A stretch of 60,350 bases of DNA from an uncultured Clostridia bacterium (GTDB lineage: Bacteria > Bacillota > Clostridia > TANB77 > CAG-508), in contig CANQDX010000004.1 of the NCBI GenBank assembly GCA_947594065.1, positions 1 to 60,350 on the forward strand. The letters are read 5' to 3'. The position numbers and the translations under genes were made by a program. Below are positions 1-9,845 of this stretch, piece after piece; positions within the stretch are counted from its first letter, which is position 1, and the number at the start of each line of letters is the position of its first letter. The notes beneath the pieces were generated by a model, which made no database searches, was not told the origin of the DNA, and worked only from the letters and a program-made list of their open reading frames with translations.

Positions 1-425
1 GGTTGCATTTGAAAAGAAACATACCTACCAGCTAATAGTGTTGCTAATTCACCAGATAGTAGATTACTATTGGAACCCGTTATAAAAATAGATACATTTT
101 TTGTTGCTTTAAATGAATTTATAGCTTTTTCCCAATTGACTACATTTTGAATCTCATCGAAAAATAAGTAATATTTTTCTTTTTTAGTCATTTGTTTTTT
201 GATATAGGAATTTAAATCCATATCGTTTTTGATAAATGACATATCTATATCTTCAAAATTAATATAAATAATTCTTTCTTCTGGTATACCTTTAGCCTTT
301 AATTCGTCTATAATCTGTTTTAGCAAAGTTGATTTTCCAGACCTTCGAATTCCTGTAATTACTTTTATTAAATCTTGATCATAAAACCCTCTTATTCTTT
401 TTAAGTATTCTTCTCTTTTTATCAT
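1..425 (-). CDS. AAA+ ATPase, AAA_14/DUF4143-type (N-terminal 141 codons; the rest lies beyond the window edge)
   Basis: Absent from the ORF track because it is open at the window edge. Minus-strand ATG at 425-423 with GGAGG 8 nt upstream (434-438). My translation MIKREEYLKRIRGFYDQDLIKVITGIRRSGKSTLLKQ...YYLFFDEIQNV shows a Walker A (GIRRSGKST) and a Walker B-like (LFFDE) motif typical of this family. Confidence 0.7.
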   Translation of the reverse strand, partial: MIKREEYLKRIRGFYDQDLIKVITGIRRSGKSTLLKQIIDELKAKGIPEERIIYINFEDIDMSFIKNDMDLNSYIKKQMTKKEKYYLFFDEIQNVVNWEKAINSFKATKNVSIFITGSNSNLLSGELATLLAGRYVSFQMQ

Positions 426-670
426 AAAGATATCCTCCTTGCTTTATTCTTATACCCATTATACTATTTCTTTATGAAAATGTCAAATTTTTACGATACA
501 CCGTAAAAAAATATAAAAAATTAAACTAATTTACGTTTAACCGTAATAATTAAAATTTTGTATCTATCCAACTTGAACATTACATTTATATATTTTTATT
601 CAATATATAATATTCTTTTTCAAATAAAAAAAATTATTCTGATAAATTGAATACCTTTACCATAAAAAAA

Positions 671-699
671 TTGACAAAGATGAAATGAATGTATATAAT
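671..699 (+). promoter_or_regulatory. consensus sigma-A-type promoter TTGACA-17-TATAAT
   Basis: TTGACA 671-676, 17-nt spacer, TATAAT 694-699. It lies about 30 nt upstream of RBS GAGGGAG (721-727) and ATG 733. Confidence 0.6.
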
Positions 700-732
700 A
701 AAGAAAAAAGAAAAACGAAAGAGGGAGTAGAA

Positions 733-2315
733 ATGTCCGAAAACCGTTGCGCTTGTAGAGAGAGAGAGAGAGAGAGAGAAGCAATTCTAAAGAAAAAATA
801 GTAGAAGAAAGATTAAAAAATAATAGAGTAAGAAATCAAAAAAGCGAAAAGGGAGCAATAGCCATATTTGTATTAGTAGCGCTCTTGTTTATGTCCGCTT
901 TTTTAATTTTGCTATTTGCAAGCAATGTAAACAAAGGAAAAGATGTGCAAGAACAATTTAACATAGTAAGCGAGATCTATGCAGGAGAAGGAGAGCAAGG
1001 AGCCTATGACCAAGCCTTTGGAGCATTAAGAAAAAAGAATAAAACAACATTAACAGCAGAAGTAGAAAATAGCGCAGCCCTACCATTAGAAAGAACTTTT
1101 GGAGGAAACATAGGCAATTACAGAATATATGGAAACAGTGTGCAAAACGGAACCCCATCTCCAACGAATCCAGTAGAAATACAAAGTGTAGGAGATAGAA
1201 CAAAAAATTTATTTAACCCTAATGACCCAAATGTTATAAAAACTAATTGTGAAATGCAAATAGATGGAAATAATGTAATAGAAAAGCCAAATGGAGATAA
1301 GCAAACAGCACTAATTTATCCTTTAAAATTAAAAAAGAATACCTATTATACAGTAAGTGGAAGCTTTCAAATGATTAATTCAGAAGAATATAACGGTGGT
1401 GGTAGTGTATGGGTAAGGACTTCTACTACTGGAGGATCGGATTACGTATTTGGAACACACCCAACATTTGAACACCCATTTTCATCTGAAAAAGTAATTA
1501 ATGATACATTTAATAGCGGCTCATATGAAACAGTGTACCTATGGCTATATTTTCAAATGGGAAATAATGGAGAGCAAAAAAATGGAAATTCCTATGGAAT
1601 ATATAAAAATATACAAATAGAAGAAGGAACGACGGCAACCGCTTATGAGCCTTATGGCTACAAAGTTCCAGTACAGGTAAGTGGAAAAAATTTATTTGAT
1701 ATAGACGGTGCAGTAAATGAAAATTTAATAAAAAACGATGATGGAACTTATACAATATGGAAAAATAAAGAAAACAATGATGGAAGATTATCAAAAAGAC
1801 TATCTATCAATATACCAGCTCAAACAAAAATAACAGTTTCCGTGGACATAGTGGATTATAATGGAACATACAGCTTACCATTTCAAATAGTTTGCTTTCC
1901 TAAAGATGGAGGAGAAGAATATATACAGTTTATGTTAAATGAAAAACATAAAACATATTCCTTTTCCAAAGAAATAACAAGAATGACGATATATCAAGAG
2001 TCTCGAATGCCAGTCGGAACTTATACAACCTTTAAAAATCTACAAATAGAACTAGGAGAAACAGCAACTGCTTATGAACCGTACCACGCCCCAGTAACCA
2101 CCAATATTTACTTAAACGAACCATTAAGGAAAGAAGGGGAAAAGGCAGACTATTTGGATTTCAAAACTGGAAAAGTAGTAAGATTAGATGGAACAACAGA
2201 AACCGTTGAACTACCAGAGCTACCAGCCTTCGAAGATTATTCAAAAATAGAAGTATTAACTACTGTTTCGCCATCCAAAATACAAGCAGAATATGAAGGG
2301 TATACAATAAAATAA
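733..2315 (+). CDS. membrane-anchored surface protein with two tail-fibre/CBM-like modules; reading frame interrupted in an (AG)11 tract (phase-OFF state)
   Basis: The track ORF 885..2315 begins at a TTG with no RBS, inside a TM segment. The same frame is open back to 759, through the AG repeat. ATG 733 has a strong RBS but sits in a frame that stops at TAG 799-801. Removing one AG unit fuses it to the long ORF. The ectodomain has two modules, each ending in [IL]QIExGxTATAYEPY. Confidence 0.6.
757..778 (+). repeat. (AG)11 dinucleotide microsatellite inside the 5' coding region
   Basis: Read directly: agagagagagagagagagagag, 11 perfect units. It is the only such tract in the window. Confidence 0.95.
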
Positions 2316-2320
2316 AGAAA

Positions 2321-2342
2321 AGGACACAAAAAAACGTGTCCT
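2321..2342 (+). terminator. hairpin after the surface-protein gene
   Basis: AGGACAC-aaaaaaac-GTGTCCT lies 6 nt after stop 2315. The trailing T-run is weak. Confidence 0.45.
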
Positions 2343-2417
2343 TAAAATATTTCCTAAAAAATAAAACAAATTTTCGTAAAAATATTGCAATTTGACAAAT
2401 AGTATAGTAAAATAGTA

Positions 2418-2726
2418 ATGAATGTAAAAGGAGATGAAGTTACATTGGAGAATAATAAATTAGAAACGATTTCTAATCTTTTTGAAGGAAAAGAAATAAG
2501 AAGTGTTTGGAATGCTGAAAAAGAAGAATACTTTTTTAGTGTGGTAGATGTCATTTATGCATTAACAGATAGTAACATTCCAAGAAATTATTGGAGTGAT
2601 TTAAAACGAAAATTAATTAATGAGGGAAGTGAGTTGCACGAAAAAATCGTGCAACTGAAATTAAAGTCAAGCAAAGACGGAAAAAACTATTTAACTGATA
2701 CATTAGATACCAAAGTAATTTATTAG
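2418..2726 (+). CDS. BRO-N/KilA-N-like (phage antirepressor-type) N-terminal domain protein, apparently truncated
   Basis: The 102-aa ORF contains EIRSVWNAEKEEYFFSVVDVIYALTDS...NYWSDLKRKL...KLKSSKDGKNYLTDTLDT, which matches my recollection of BRO-N domain proteins. Those normally continue for more than 100 aa; here the ORF stops just before trmL. Confidence 0.45.
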   Translation: MNVKGDEVTLENNKLETISNLFEGKEIRSVWNAEKEEYFFSVVDVIYALTDSNIPRNYWSDLKRKLINEGSELHEKIVQLKLKSSKDGKNYLTDTLDTKVIY

Positions 2727-2756
2727 AAAGTAAAATGTAAAGGAATGGTGTAAGAA

Positions 2757-3266
2757 ATGAAAATGAATATTGTAATGGTAGAACCAGAAATACCACAAAA
2801 TACAGGAAATGTGGCAAGAACTTGTGCAGCAACAGGTGCTAAACTGCATTTAGTAAAACCACTTGGTTTTCAAATAAACGATAAATATTTAAAGCGTGCA
2901 GGTTTAGACTATTGGGACAAATTAGAAATAGAAGAACACAAAAGCTTAGAAGCTTTTTTAAATAAGTATGCAGGTGCTTCTAAAAAGGTAAATTCTAATA
3001 TTTTCCTTGTAAGTACTAAATCACAGCATACATATTCTCAAATACAATATAATGAATATGATGAGGTATTTTTCTTATTTGGAAAAGAAACGAAAGGTCT
3101 TCCAGAATGGCTTATTCAAAATAATATCGAGCAGGCAATTCGTATTCCAATGAAAGAAGGATTACGTTCATTAAATTTATCCAATTCTGTGGCAATTGTA
3201 GTATATGAAGCATTAAGACAAAATAATTTTAACGATTTACAACAAATAAGCGATTATTTTAAATAA
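2757..3266 (+). CDS. trmL: tRNA (cytidine/uridine-2'-O)-methyltransferase TrmL (SpoU/TrmH superfamily)
   Basis: PEIPQNTGNVARTCAATGAKLHLVKPLGF...YLKRAGLDYW and a C-terminal LNLSNSVAIVVYEALRQ knot motif; about 165 aa. Confidence 0.85.
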   Translation: MKMNIVMVEPEIPQNTGNVARTCAATGAKLHLVKPLGFQINDKYLKRAGLDYWDKLEIEEHKSLEAFLNKYAGASKKVNSNIFLVSTKSQHTYSQIQYNEYDEVFFLFGKETKGLPEWLIQNNIEQAIRIPMKEGLRSLNLSNSVAIVVYEALRQNNFNDLQQISDYFK

Positions 3267-3413
3267 AAATAGTCGCTTTTTTTATCTTTTATAAACTCTT
3301 AAATATTTTTAAAATCAAGAGTTTTAATTCCCAAAATTAACAAAAAAAATCATATATCAATAATGATAATTATATAATATTATGGATAAAGCTAAATTTT
3401 AGGTATACATAAT

Positions 3414-3442
3414 TTGACATTTGGAATAATATGTAGTATAAT
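3414..3442 (+). promoter_or_regulatory. consensus promoter TTGACA-17-TATAAT
   Basis: TTGACA 3414-3419, TATAAT 3437-3442, upstream of the M23 peptidase gene. Confidence 0.55.
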
Positions 3443-3541
3443 AGTATTTGTGTTCAAAAAAAGACGAAAAAAGGAGAGTGTTTATTTATTTTAAAAAACA
3501 ATCTAAAATACTACACAAAAGAGTTTATCAAATTACTTAAA

Positions 3542-4555
3542 TTGGCTTTTATAGCATTGATTTTAATAAGTACATTTATTTTAATAAAATATAAACCTCA
3601 ATACAAAGTTTCTATTAATAATAAAAAAGTAGGACACATTGATTCACCAAGTGATATAGACGAATATATTAATGAAAAAGTAGAGCAAGAAGAAGGAAGG
3701 AATATTGCTTTTGTAGATTTAAAAAATATTCCTATGTTGAAATTAGAGTTAGTAAATAGAAATATAGAGGAACAAGAAGCAGTCAAATCAGAAATAGAAA
3801 ATCAAGTATCAATAGAATATACAAATTATGCTATTTCTTTAGACGGAAAAAATAAAACGTACGTTGCAAGTATGAACGAAGCAGAGGCAATTGTAGACGA
3901 TTTAAAGAAAGAATATGAAAACAAATATACAAAGAAAATCGGCATTGTACAAGTATATTCTGATTGTTATGAAGATATTAGCGCAATAGATTCAGACAAA
4001 GCAAAGAGCATAGTTTCAAACGAATTAAAAAAGGAAAAGCAAACTGATATTAAAATAGCAAAAGAAAAAGCAGCCAAAGCAAGAGCTGCAAAATTAAAAG
4101 CTGCAGCAGCTGTTGTAGAAAAAAATATTGCAGTAACAAAATTAGTAAAAGAAAGCAATGTAAATGGAATTGAATTTTCTGTACGACCTGTTTCAGGAAT
4201 CATTACATCCAGATATGGAAAACGTTCTTCACCTGGAGGAATAGGAAGTACCAACCATAAAGGACTAGATATAGCAGCAAGTGCCGGCACACCTATTTAT
4301 GCCGTAGCTGCAGGAACAGTTACATTTTCTGGAAGTAGAGGAGAACTTGGAAACTTAGTAATTGTAAATCACGGAAATGGCGTAGAAACTTACTATGGAC
4401 ACTGCAGTAAGCTAAAGGTTTCAAAAGGACAAAAAGTAAATGCAGGTGATAAAATAGCCTTAATTGGTCAAACAGGTTCTGCAACTGGACCACATTTACA
4501 TTTAGAAATTCATATTAATGGAAAAGTGGTAAACCCACAAAAATATGTATATTAA
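3542..4555 (+). CDS. membrane-anchored M23 (LytM-type) peptidoglycan endopeptidase
   Basis: N-terminal TM segment. The C-terminus carries HKGLDIAASAGTPIYAVAAGTV...GHCSKL...GSATGPHLHLEIHINGKVVNP, the M23 metallopeptidase motifs. The TTG start is uncertain. Confidence 0.8.
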   Translation: MAFIALILISTFILIKYKPQYKVSINNKKVGHIDSPSDIDEYINEKVEQEEGRNIAFVDLKNIPMLKLELVNRNIEEQEAVKSEIENQVSIEYTNYAISLDGKNKTYVASMNEAEAIVDDLKKEYENKYTKKIGIVQVYSDCYEDISAIDSDKAKSIVSNELKKEKQTDIKIAKEKAAKARAAKLKAAAAVVEKNIAVTKLVKESNVNGIEFSVRPVSGIITSRYGKRSSPGGIGSTNHKGLDIAASAGTPIYAVAAGTVTFSGSRGELGNLVIVNHGNGVETYYGHCSKLKVSKGQKVNAGDKIALIGQTGSATGPHLHLEIHINGKVVNPQKYVY

Positions 4556-4572
4556 CCGTATTAGGAAAATTT

Positions 4573-4640
4573 TGACCCCATTGGGGACGTTCCTAAAATG
4601 GTCCAAATGGACCTTTTTAGGAACGTCCCCAATGGGGTCA
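4573..4640. repeat. 68-bp perfect palindrome (26-bp outer arms plus 6-bp inner arms), probable terminator/REP-like element
   Basis: TGACCCCATTGGGGACGTTCCTAAAA (4573-4598) is the exact reverse complement of 4615-4640. The loop contains GGTCCA-AA-TGGACC. A T-rich stretch follows (4641-4657). GC-rich relative to its surroundings. Confidence 0.85.
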
Positions 4641-4705
4641 CTTGATTTTTGTTTTTGAATAATATATAATTACTTGGAAATAATTATTTTAAAAGGAGGA
4701 ATATT

Positions 4706-7324
4706 ATGGCAAATGAAATTAGCGAAGAGGAAAAACTTAGGATTAAGACAATGGTAGATAGTTTGGTAGCTCGTGCCAAGGTGGCATCAGAAGAATATAT
4801 GAAACTAGACCAAGATACAATAAACAATATTGTAAAAGCAATGGCTATGGCTGGTCTTGATAATCATATGAAACTTGCAAAGATGGCCGTAGAAGAGACA
4901 GGACGAGGAATTTACGAAGATAAAATTACGAAGAATATGTTTGCAACAGAATACATTTATCATAATATTAAATATGATAAAACAGTTGGCGTAATTTCAG
5001 AAAACGACGAAGAAGGCTATGAGGAAATTGCCGAACCAATTGGAATTATTGCAGGTGTAACACCTGTTACTAACCCAACATCTACTACAATGTTTAAGTC
5101 ATTAATTGCGGCAAAAACAAGAAATGTTATTATTTTTGGTTTCCATCCATCAGCACAAAAGTGTAGTGTAGAAGCGGCTACAATTTTAAGAGATGCTGCT
5201 GTAAAAATGGGAGCACCTAAAGATTGTATTTTATGGATAGAAGAACCATCTATAGAGGCAACAAGTCAGCTTATGCATCATCCAGATGTAAATTTGATTT
5301 TAGCAACAGGTGGAACTGGAATGGTAAAAGCAGCATATTCATCAGGAAAGCCTGCTTTAGGTGTAGGACCAGGAAATGTTCCTTGTTATATAGAAAAAAC
5401 AGCAAAATTAAAAACATCTGTAAACGACTTGGTAATGTCAAAATCTTTTGATAATGGTATGATTTGTGCATCAGAACAAGCTGTTATCGTTGATAAGGAA
5501 ATAACAAAAGAATTTGAAAAATTAATGAAAGAAGCAGGTTGTTATTTCCTAAGCAAAGATGAAAAACAAAGATTGCAAGAGGCAATGTTCAACAAAGAAA
5601 AAGGAAATACGCTAATTGGAGCAATTGCAGGACAGAGTCCTTATAAAATAGCAAAATTGGCAGATATTGAAATTCCAAAAGATACAAAAGTTTTAGTTGT
5701 AGAAGAAACAGGCGTTGGATCAGATTATCCATTTTCTCAAGAAAAGCTTAGCCCTGTTTTAGCTTATTACAAAGTAAATAATAGCGAAGAGGGAATTTCT
5801 TTAGCAGAAAAATTACTAGAATTTGGTGGACTTGGACATTCAGCAGCTATTCATTCCGAAAATAATGAAATTATTGAGAAATTTTCAGAGAGAGTAAAAG
5901 TAGGAAGAATTATTGTAAATTCACCTTCAACTCACGGAGCAATTGGAGATATATATAATACTAATATGCCATCTTTAACTTTAGGATGTGGGTCATTTGG
6001 AGGAAATTCAACAACATCAAATGTATCATCAGTTAATCTAATAAATATAAAAAGAGTCGCAAAAAGGAGAGTTAATATGCAATGGTTTAAAATTCCAGAA
6101 AAAATATATTTTGAAGCAGGCTCTATTTCTTATCTAGAAAAGATGCCTGATATTAGTAAAGCATTTATTGTAACAGATAGTTCAATGGTAAAACTAGGAT
6201 ATGTAGATAAAATTTTATATCATTTAAGAAAAAGAAGTCAATATGTTCATTCTGAAATATTCTCAGATGTAGAGCCAGATCCATCTTTTGCAACAATTAA
6301 AAGAGGAGTTGCAGCAATGAACAGTTTTGAGCCAGATGTTATTATTGCATTAGGTGGAGGAAGCGCAATAGACGCTGCAAAGGGAATGTGGCTATTTTAT
6401 GAATATCCAGAAGCAGATGTTGAAGGAATGAAATTAAAGTTTATGGATATCAGAAAACGTACCTATAAATTTCCAAAACTTGGAGTTAAATCAAAATTAG
6501 TAGCAATACCAACCACTTCAGGAACAGGTTCAGAGGTAACTTCTTTTGCAGTTATTTCCGATAAAGAAAAAAATATGAAATATCCACTAGCAGATTATGA
6601 ATTAACTCCAGATGTTGCAATTATAGATCCAGACTTAGTAATGACTTTACCAAAATCAATTACAGCAGATACAGGTATGGATGTTTTAACACACGCAATT
6701 GAAGCTTATGTATCTAATATGGCGTCCGATTATACAGACGGTTTATCAGAGAAAGCGGTAGAAATAGTATTTAATTATTTACAAGAAGCGTATGAGCACG
6801 GAGATAATAAAACGGCAAGAGAAAAAATGCATAATGCAAGTTGTATTGCTGGTATGGCATTTACCAATGCTTTCTTAGGATTAAATCACTCTATTGCTCA
6901 TAAATTAGGTGGAGAGTTCCATATTCCACACGGAAGAGCAAATGCAATTATTTTGCCTTATGTTATTAAATATAATGCATCAAAACCAACTAAATTTGTT
7001 TCATTCCCTAAATATGAATATTTTATAGCAGATCAGAAATATGCAAATTTAGCACGTAAATTAGGATTACCAACTAAAACAACAGAAGAAGGAGTAAATT
7101 CTTTAATAAAAGCTATACAGCAATTAAATAACAATTTAAATGAACCAAAAAGTCTACAAGAAGCAGGAATTGACGAAAAAGAATTCCTAGCAAAAGTAGA
7201 TGAACTAGCAGATAAAGCATTTTCAGACCAATGCACATCTGCTAATCCAAGAGTACCGTTAATACCAGAAATAAAACAAATTATGTTAGATGCGTACTAT
7301 GGAAGGGAAATATTCAATAATTGA
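4706..7324 (+). CDS. adhE: bifunctional acetaldehyde-CoA/alcohol dehydrogenase
   Basis: 872 aa. N-terminal aldehyde dehydrogenase part (catalytic-Cys region [11 protein letters not shown]) and C-terminal iron-ADH part ([26 protein letters not shown]). Confidence 0.95.
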   Translation: MANEISEEEKLRIKTMVDSLVARAKVASEEYMKLDQDTINNIVKAMAMAGLDNHMKLAKMAVEETGRGIYEDKITKNMFATEYIYHNIKYDKTVGVISENDEEGYEEIAEPIGIIAGVTPVTNPTSTTMFKSLIAAKTRNVIIFGFHPSAQKCSVEAATILRDAAVKMGAPKDCILWIEEPSIEATSQLMHHPDVNLILATGGTGMVKAAYSSGKPALGVGPGNVPCYIEKTAKLKTSVNDLVMSKSFDNGMICASEQAVIVDKEITKEFEKLMKEAGCYFLSKDEKQRLQEAMFNKEKGNTLIGAIAGQSPYKIAKLADIEIPKDTKVLVVEETGVGSDYPFSQEKLSPVLAYYKVNNSEEGISLAEKLLEFGGLGHSAAIHSENNEIIEKFSERVKVGRIIVNSPSTHGAIGDIYNTNMPSLTLGCGSFGGNSTTSNVSSVNLINIKRVAKRRVNMQWFKIPEKIYFEAGSISYLEKMPDISKAFIVTDSSMVKLGYVDKILYHLRKRSQYVHSEIFSDVEPDPSFATIKRGVAAMNSFEPDVIIALGGGSAIDAAKGMWLFYEYPEADVEGMKLKFMDIRKRTYKFPKLGVKSKLVAIPTTSGTGSEVTSFAVISDKEKNMKYPLADYELTPDVAIIDPDLVMTLPKSITADTGMDVLTHAIEAYVSNMASDYTDGLSEKAVEIVFNYLQEAYEHGDNKTAREKMHNASCIAGMAFTNAFLGLNHSIAHKLGGEFHIPHGRANAIILPYVIKYNASKPTKFVSFPKYEYFIADQKYANLARKLGLPTKTTEEGVNSLIKAIQQLNNNLNEPKSLQEAGIDEKEFLAKVDELADKAFSDQCTSANPRVPLIPEIKQIMLDAYYGREIFNN

Positions 7325-7349
7325 CGTTTTATGTAAAATATGGTATAAT
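7321..7349 (+). promoter_or_regulatory. promoter TTGACG-17-TATAAT
   Basis: TTGACG 7321-7326, TATAAT 7344-7349, immediately after the adhE stop and upstream of the Spo0A_C gene. Confidence 0.5.
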
Positions 7350-7417
7350 ATAAATGTATTGAGAAACTCAATGCGCAAAAAAAGCGGAAACGCAAAAAAT
7401 GAAAAGGAGACAAGAAA

Positions 7418-7855
7418 ATGACGACAGAAAGAGTACTTTTGCGGAAAATGCTGGATGCATTAACCCCTGAAGAAAGGAGAAGTCTACTGAAACAAATTGC
7501 TGCTGAAGAGAAGTTGACTATTGAGCAGAAAATTTGTAGGCTGATCAACGAAGTAGGGATTCCAGCTCACGTCCTAGGTTACGACTATCTACAGTATGCA
7601 ATATCACTGGCATATAGTGATGATGAATACGTACATAGTATAACCAAGCAGCTCTATCCAGCAGTTGCCAAAAAGTTCGGAACTACGCCTAATCGCGTTG
7701 AAAGAGCAATACGGCACGCTATTCGGATGGCCTGGAGAAATGGCGATACAAGTGTCCACGAGAAGTATTTTGGTTCTACAACCAAAGATACTGATCAAAA
7801 GCCAACTAATGGCAAGTTTATTGCTACGATGGCAGACGTTTTGTATAACCAATAA
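7418..7855 (+). CDS. stand-alone Spo0A C-terminal (DNA-binding) domain protein, no receiver domain
   Basis: GIPAHVLGYDYLQYAI...ITKQLYPAVAKKFGTTPNRVERAIRHAIRMAWRNG...KPTNGKFIATMADVL matches the Spo0A_C effector domain. Codon usage (CTG, CAG, GGC, three CGG) and GC content are visibly atypical for the window. Confidence 0.8.
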   Translation: MTTERVLLRKMLDALTPEERRSLLKQIAAEEKLTIEQKICRLINEVGIPAHVLGYDYLQYAISLAYSDDEYVHSITKQLYPAVAKKFGTTPNRVERAIRHAIRMAWRNGDTSVHEKYFGSTTKDTDQKPTNGKFIATMADVLYNQ

Positions 7856-7863
7856 CCCGCTTT

Positions 7864-7897
7864 AACCGGATTCTATTTTTTAGAATCCGGTTTTCTT
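7864..7897 (+). terminator. intrinsic terminator
   Basis: AACCGGATTCTA-ttttt-TAGAATCCGGTT followed by TTTCTT. Confidence 0.8.
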
Positions 7898-8000
7898 AAT
7901 ATACTATTAATAAAACTGAATGAAAAGCTTGTTTTTTTCCTTATTTCGTTATATAATTACGGCTATAAGAATTTATGCAATTTAAAATAGGAGGTAAAAA

Positions 8001-8285
8001 ATGGAAGTTAGTAAAGAAGAAATCTTACATATTGCAAACTTAGCAAAGCTAAAATTGAAAGAAGAGGAAATTCCAGAATATATTAAAAATTTGCAAGATA
8101 TACTTAACTTTGCAAATATTGTAAATAAAGCACCAATAGATGGATTAGATACAGCAATTGGAGCAATAGATAACTATAACGTTTTTAGAAAAGATGAAAT
8201 AAAAGTATTTGAAGATAATAAAGCATTATTGCAAAATGCACCAGAACAAGAAGATAATATGTTTAAAATACCCAAAGTAATATAG
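8001..8285 (+). CDS. gatC: Asp/Glu-tRNA amidotransferase subunit C
   Basis: 94 aa, IAxLAKLxLxEEE motif, directly upstream of gatA and gatB. Confidence 0.9.
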   Translation: MEVSKEEILHIANLAKLKLKEEEIPEYIKNLQDILNFANIVNKAPIDGLDTAIGAIDNYNVFRKDEIKVFEDNKALLQNAPEQEDNMFKIPKVI

Positions 8286-8299
8286 AGGAGGAAAGCTAA

Positions 8300-9772
8300 A
8301 TGAATATTACCGATTTAACTGTATATGAGTTAAAGGAAAAATTAGATAAAAAAGAGTTAACAGTAAAGCAAATTACACAGGCATATATTGATAGAATTAT
8401 AGAAAAAGAGCCAGATGTAAATGCTTTTGTAACACCATTAACCGATACGGCTTTAGAACAGGCAGATAAAATACAAGAAAAAATAGATAACGGAGAAATA
8501 TCAGCTACATATTCTGGCATTCCAATAGGAATAAAAGATAATATATGCACTAAAGGGGTAAAAACAACCTGTAGTTCTAAAATGCTAGAAAATTTTGTTG
8601 CTCCATACAATGCAACAGTAACTGAAAAAATAAATGCAGAAGGAATGATAGATTTAGGCAAATTGAATATGGACGAGTTTGCGATGGGAGCGTCTACCGA
8701 ATATTCTGCATTTAAGAAAACACGTAATCCTTGGAATTTGAACAAAGTACCTGGAGGATCATCAGGAGGAAGTGCAGCAGCGGTTGCAGCAGGTTTAGTT
8801 CCTTGGGCATTAGGTTCAGATACAGGTGGCTCAATTCGTCAGCCTGCAAGTTTTTGCGGTGTAGTAGGGTTAAAACCAACTTATGGCTTAGTTTCAAGAT
8901 ATGGTTTAGTTGCATTTGCTTCCTCTTTAGACCAAATAGGACCTATTACAAAAGACGTAAGAGATAGTGCAATGCTTTTAAATGTAATAGCAGGACACGA
9001 TGAAAAAGATACAACATCTATTCAAACAGAGAAAAAAGATTATACAAAAGCATTAAAAAATGATGTAAAAGGATTGAAGATTGGCGTACCAAAAGAATAT
9101 TTTGGAGAGGGAATAAATAGTGAAGTAAAAGCCGCATTGGAAAAAGCAATAGACGAATACAAAGCAATGGGAGCAACTGTAGAAGAATGTTCTATTCCAA
9201 TTGCAGATTATGCATTAGCAACTTACTATATCATTGCTTGTGCTGAAGCAAGTTCAAACTTAGGAAGATTTGATGGAATACGTTATGGATATAGAACACC
9301 AAATTATGAAAGCTTAAAAGATATTTTTGTAAATTCAAGAACAGAAGGATTTGGAGCAGAAGTAAAAAGAAGAATTATACTTGGTACTTATGTTCTTTCT
9401 TCAGGATATTATGATGCATATTACAAAAAAGCACAACAAGTTAGAACATTAGTAAAAAAAGAATTTGATAAAGCATTTGAAAAATATGATGTTTTAATTA
9501 CTCCAACATCACCAACTGTTGCATTTGATATAGGAGTAAGGTCAAATAATCCATTAGAAATGTATTTAGCAGATATTTGTACTGTTTCAGTTAATATCGC
9601 AGGATTACCAGGTATTTCAATTCCTTGTGGAGTAGATTCACAGGGAATGCCAATTGGAATGCAGATTATAGGAAAGCATTTCGATGAAGAAACAATTCTA
9701 AATGCAGCATATACTTATGAGCAAAGGGTAAAATTTAGAGATAAATATCAACCAGAATTTAAAAACAAATAA
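8300..9772 (+). CDS. gatA: Asp/Glu-tRNA amidotransferase subunit A (amidase)
   Basis: 490 aa with the amidase signature [14 protein letters not shown]...[12 protein letters not shown]. Confidence 0.95.
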   Translation: MNITDLTVYELKEKLDKKELTVKQITQAYIDRIIEKEPDVNAFVTPLTDTALEQADKIQEKIDNGEISATYSGIPIGIKDNICTKGVKTTCSSKMLENFVAPYNATVTEKINAEGMIDLGKLNMDEFAMGASTEYSAFKKTRNPWNLNKVPGGSSGGSAAAVAAGLVPWALGSDTGGSIRQPASFCGVVGLKPTYGLVSRYGLVAFASSLDQIGPITKDVRDSAMLLNVIAGHDEKDTTSIQTEKKDYTKALKNDVKGLKIGVPKEYFGEGINSEVKAALEKAIDEYKAMGATVEECSIPIADYALATYYIIACAEASSNLGRFDGIRYGYRTPNYESLKDIFVNSRTEGFGAEVKRRIILGTYVLSSGYYDAYYKKAQQVRTLVKKEFDKAFEKYDVLITPTSPTVAFDIGVRSNNPLEMYLADICTVSVNIAGLPGISIPCGVDSQGMPIGMQIIGKHFDEETILNAAYTYEQRVKFRDKYQPEFKNK

Positions 9773-9845
9773 ATGCGTTTTTTATTTGTTTTAGTATATA
9801 TCTTTGAATAATCAAAACAAAATTAAATATAAAGGAGATAAATTT

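Noticed and set aside
8296-8745. Long antisense or out-of-frame ORFs in the track. Examples: 958..1203-, 1510..1794-, 3967..4290-, 8296..8745-, 27566..28048-, 33993..34496-, 37272..37619-, 40254..40604-, 40974..41294-, 42151..42495-, 52323..52703-, 5224..5451+, 7665..7865+ and 8731..8967+.
   Set aside because: Each lies entirely inside a well-supported conserved gene on the other strand or in another frame. They have no RBS and low-complexity or hydrophobic translations typical of shadow ORFs in AT-rich DNA.
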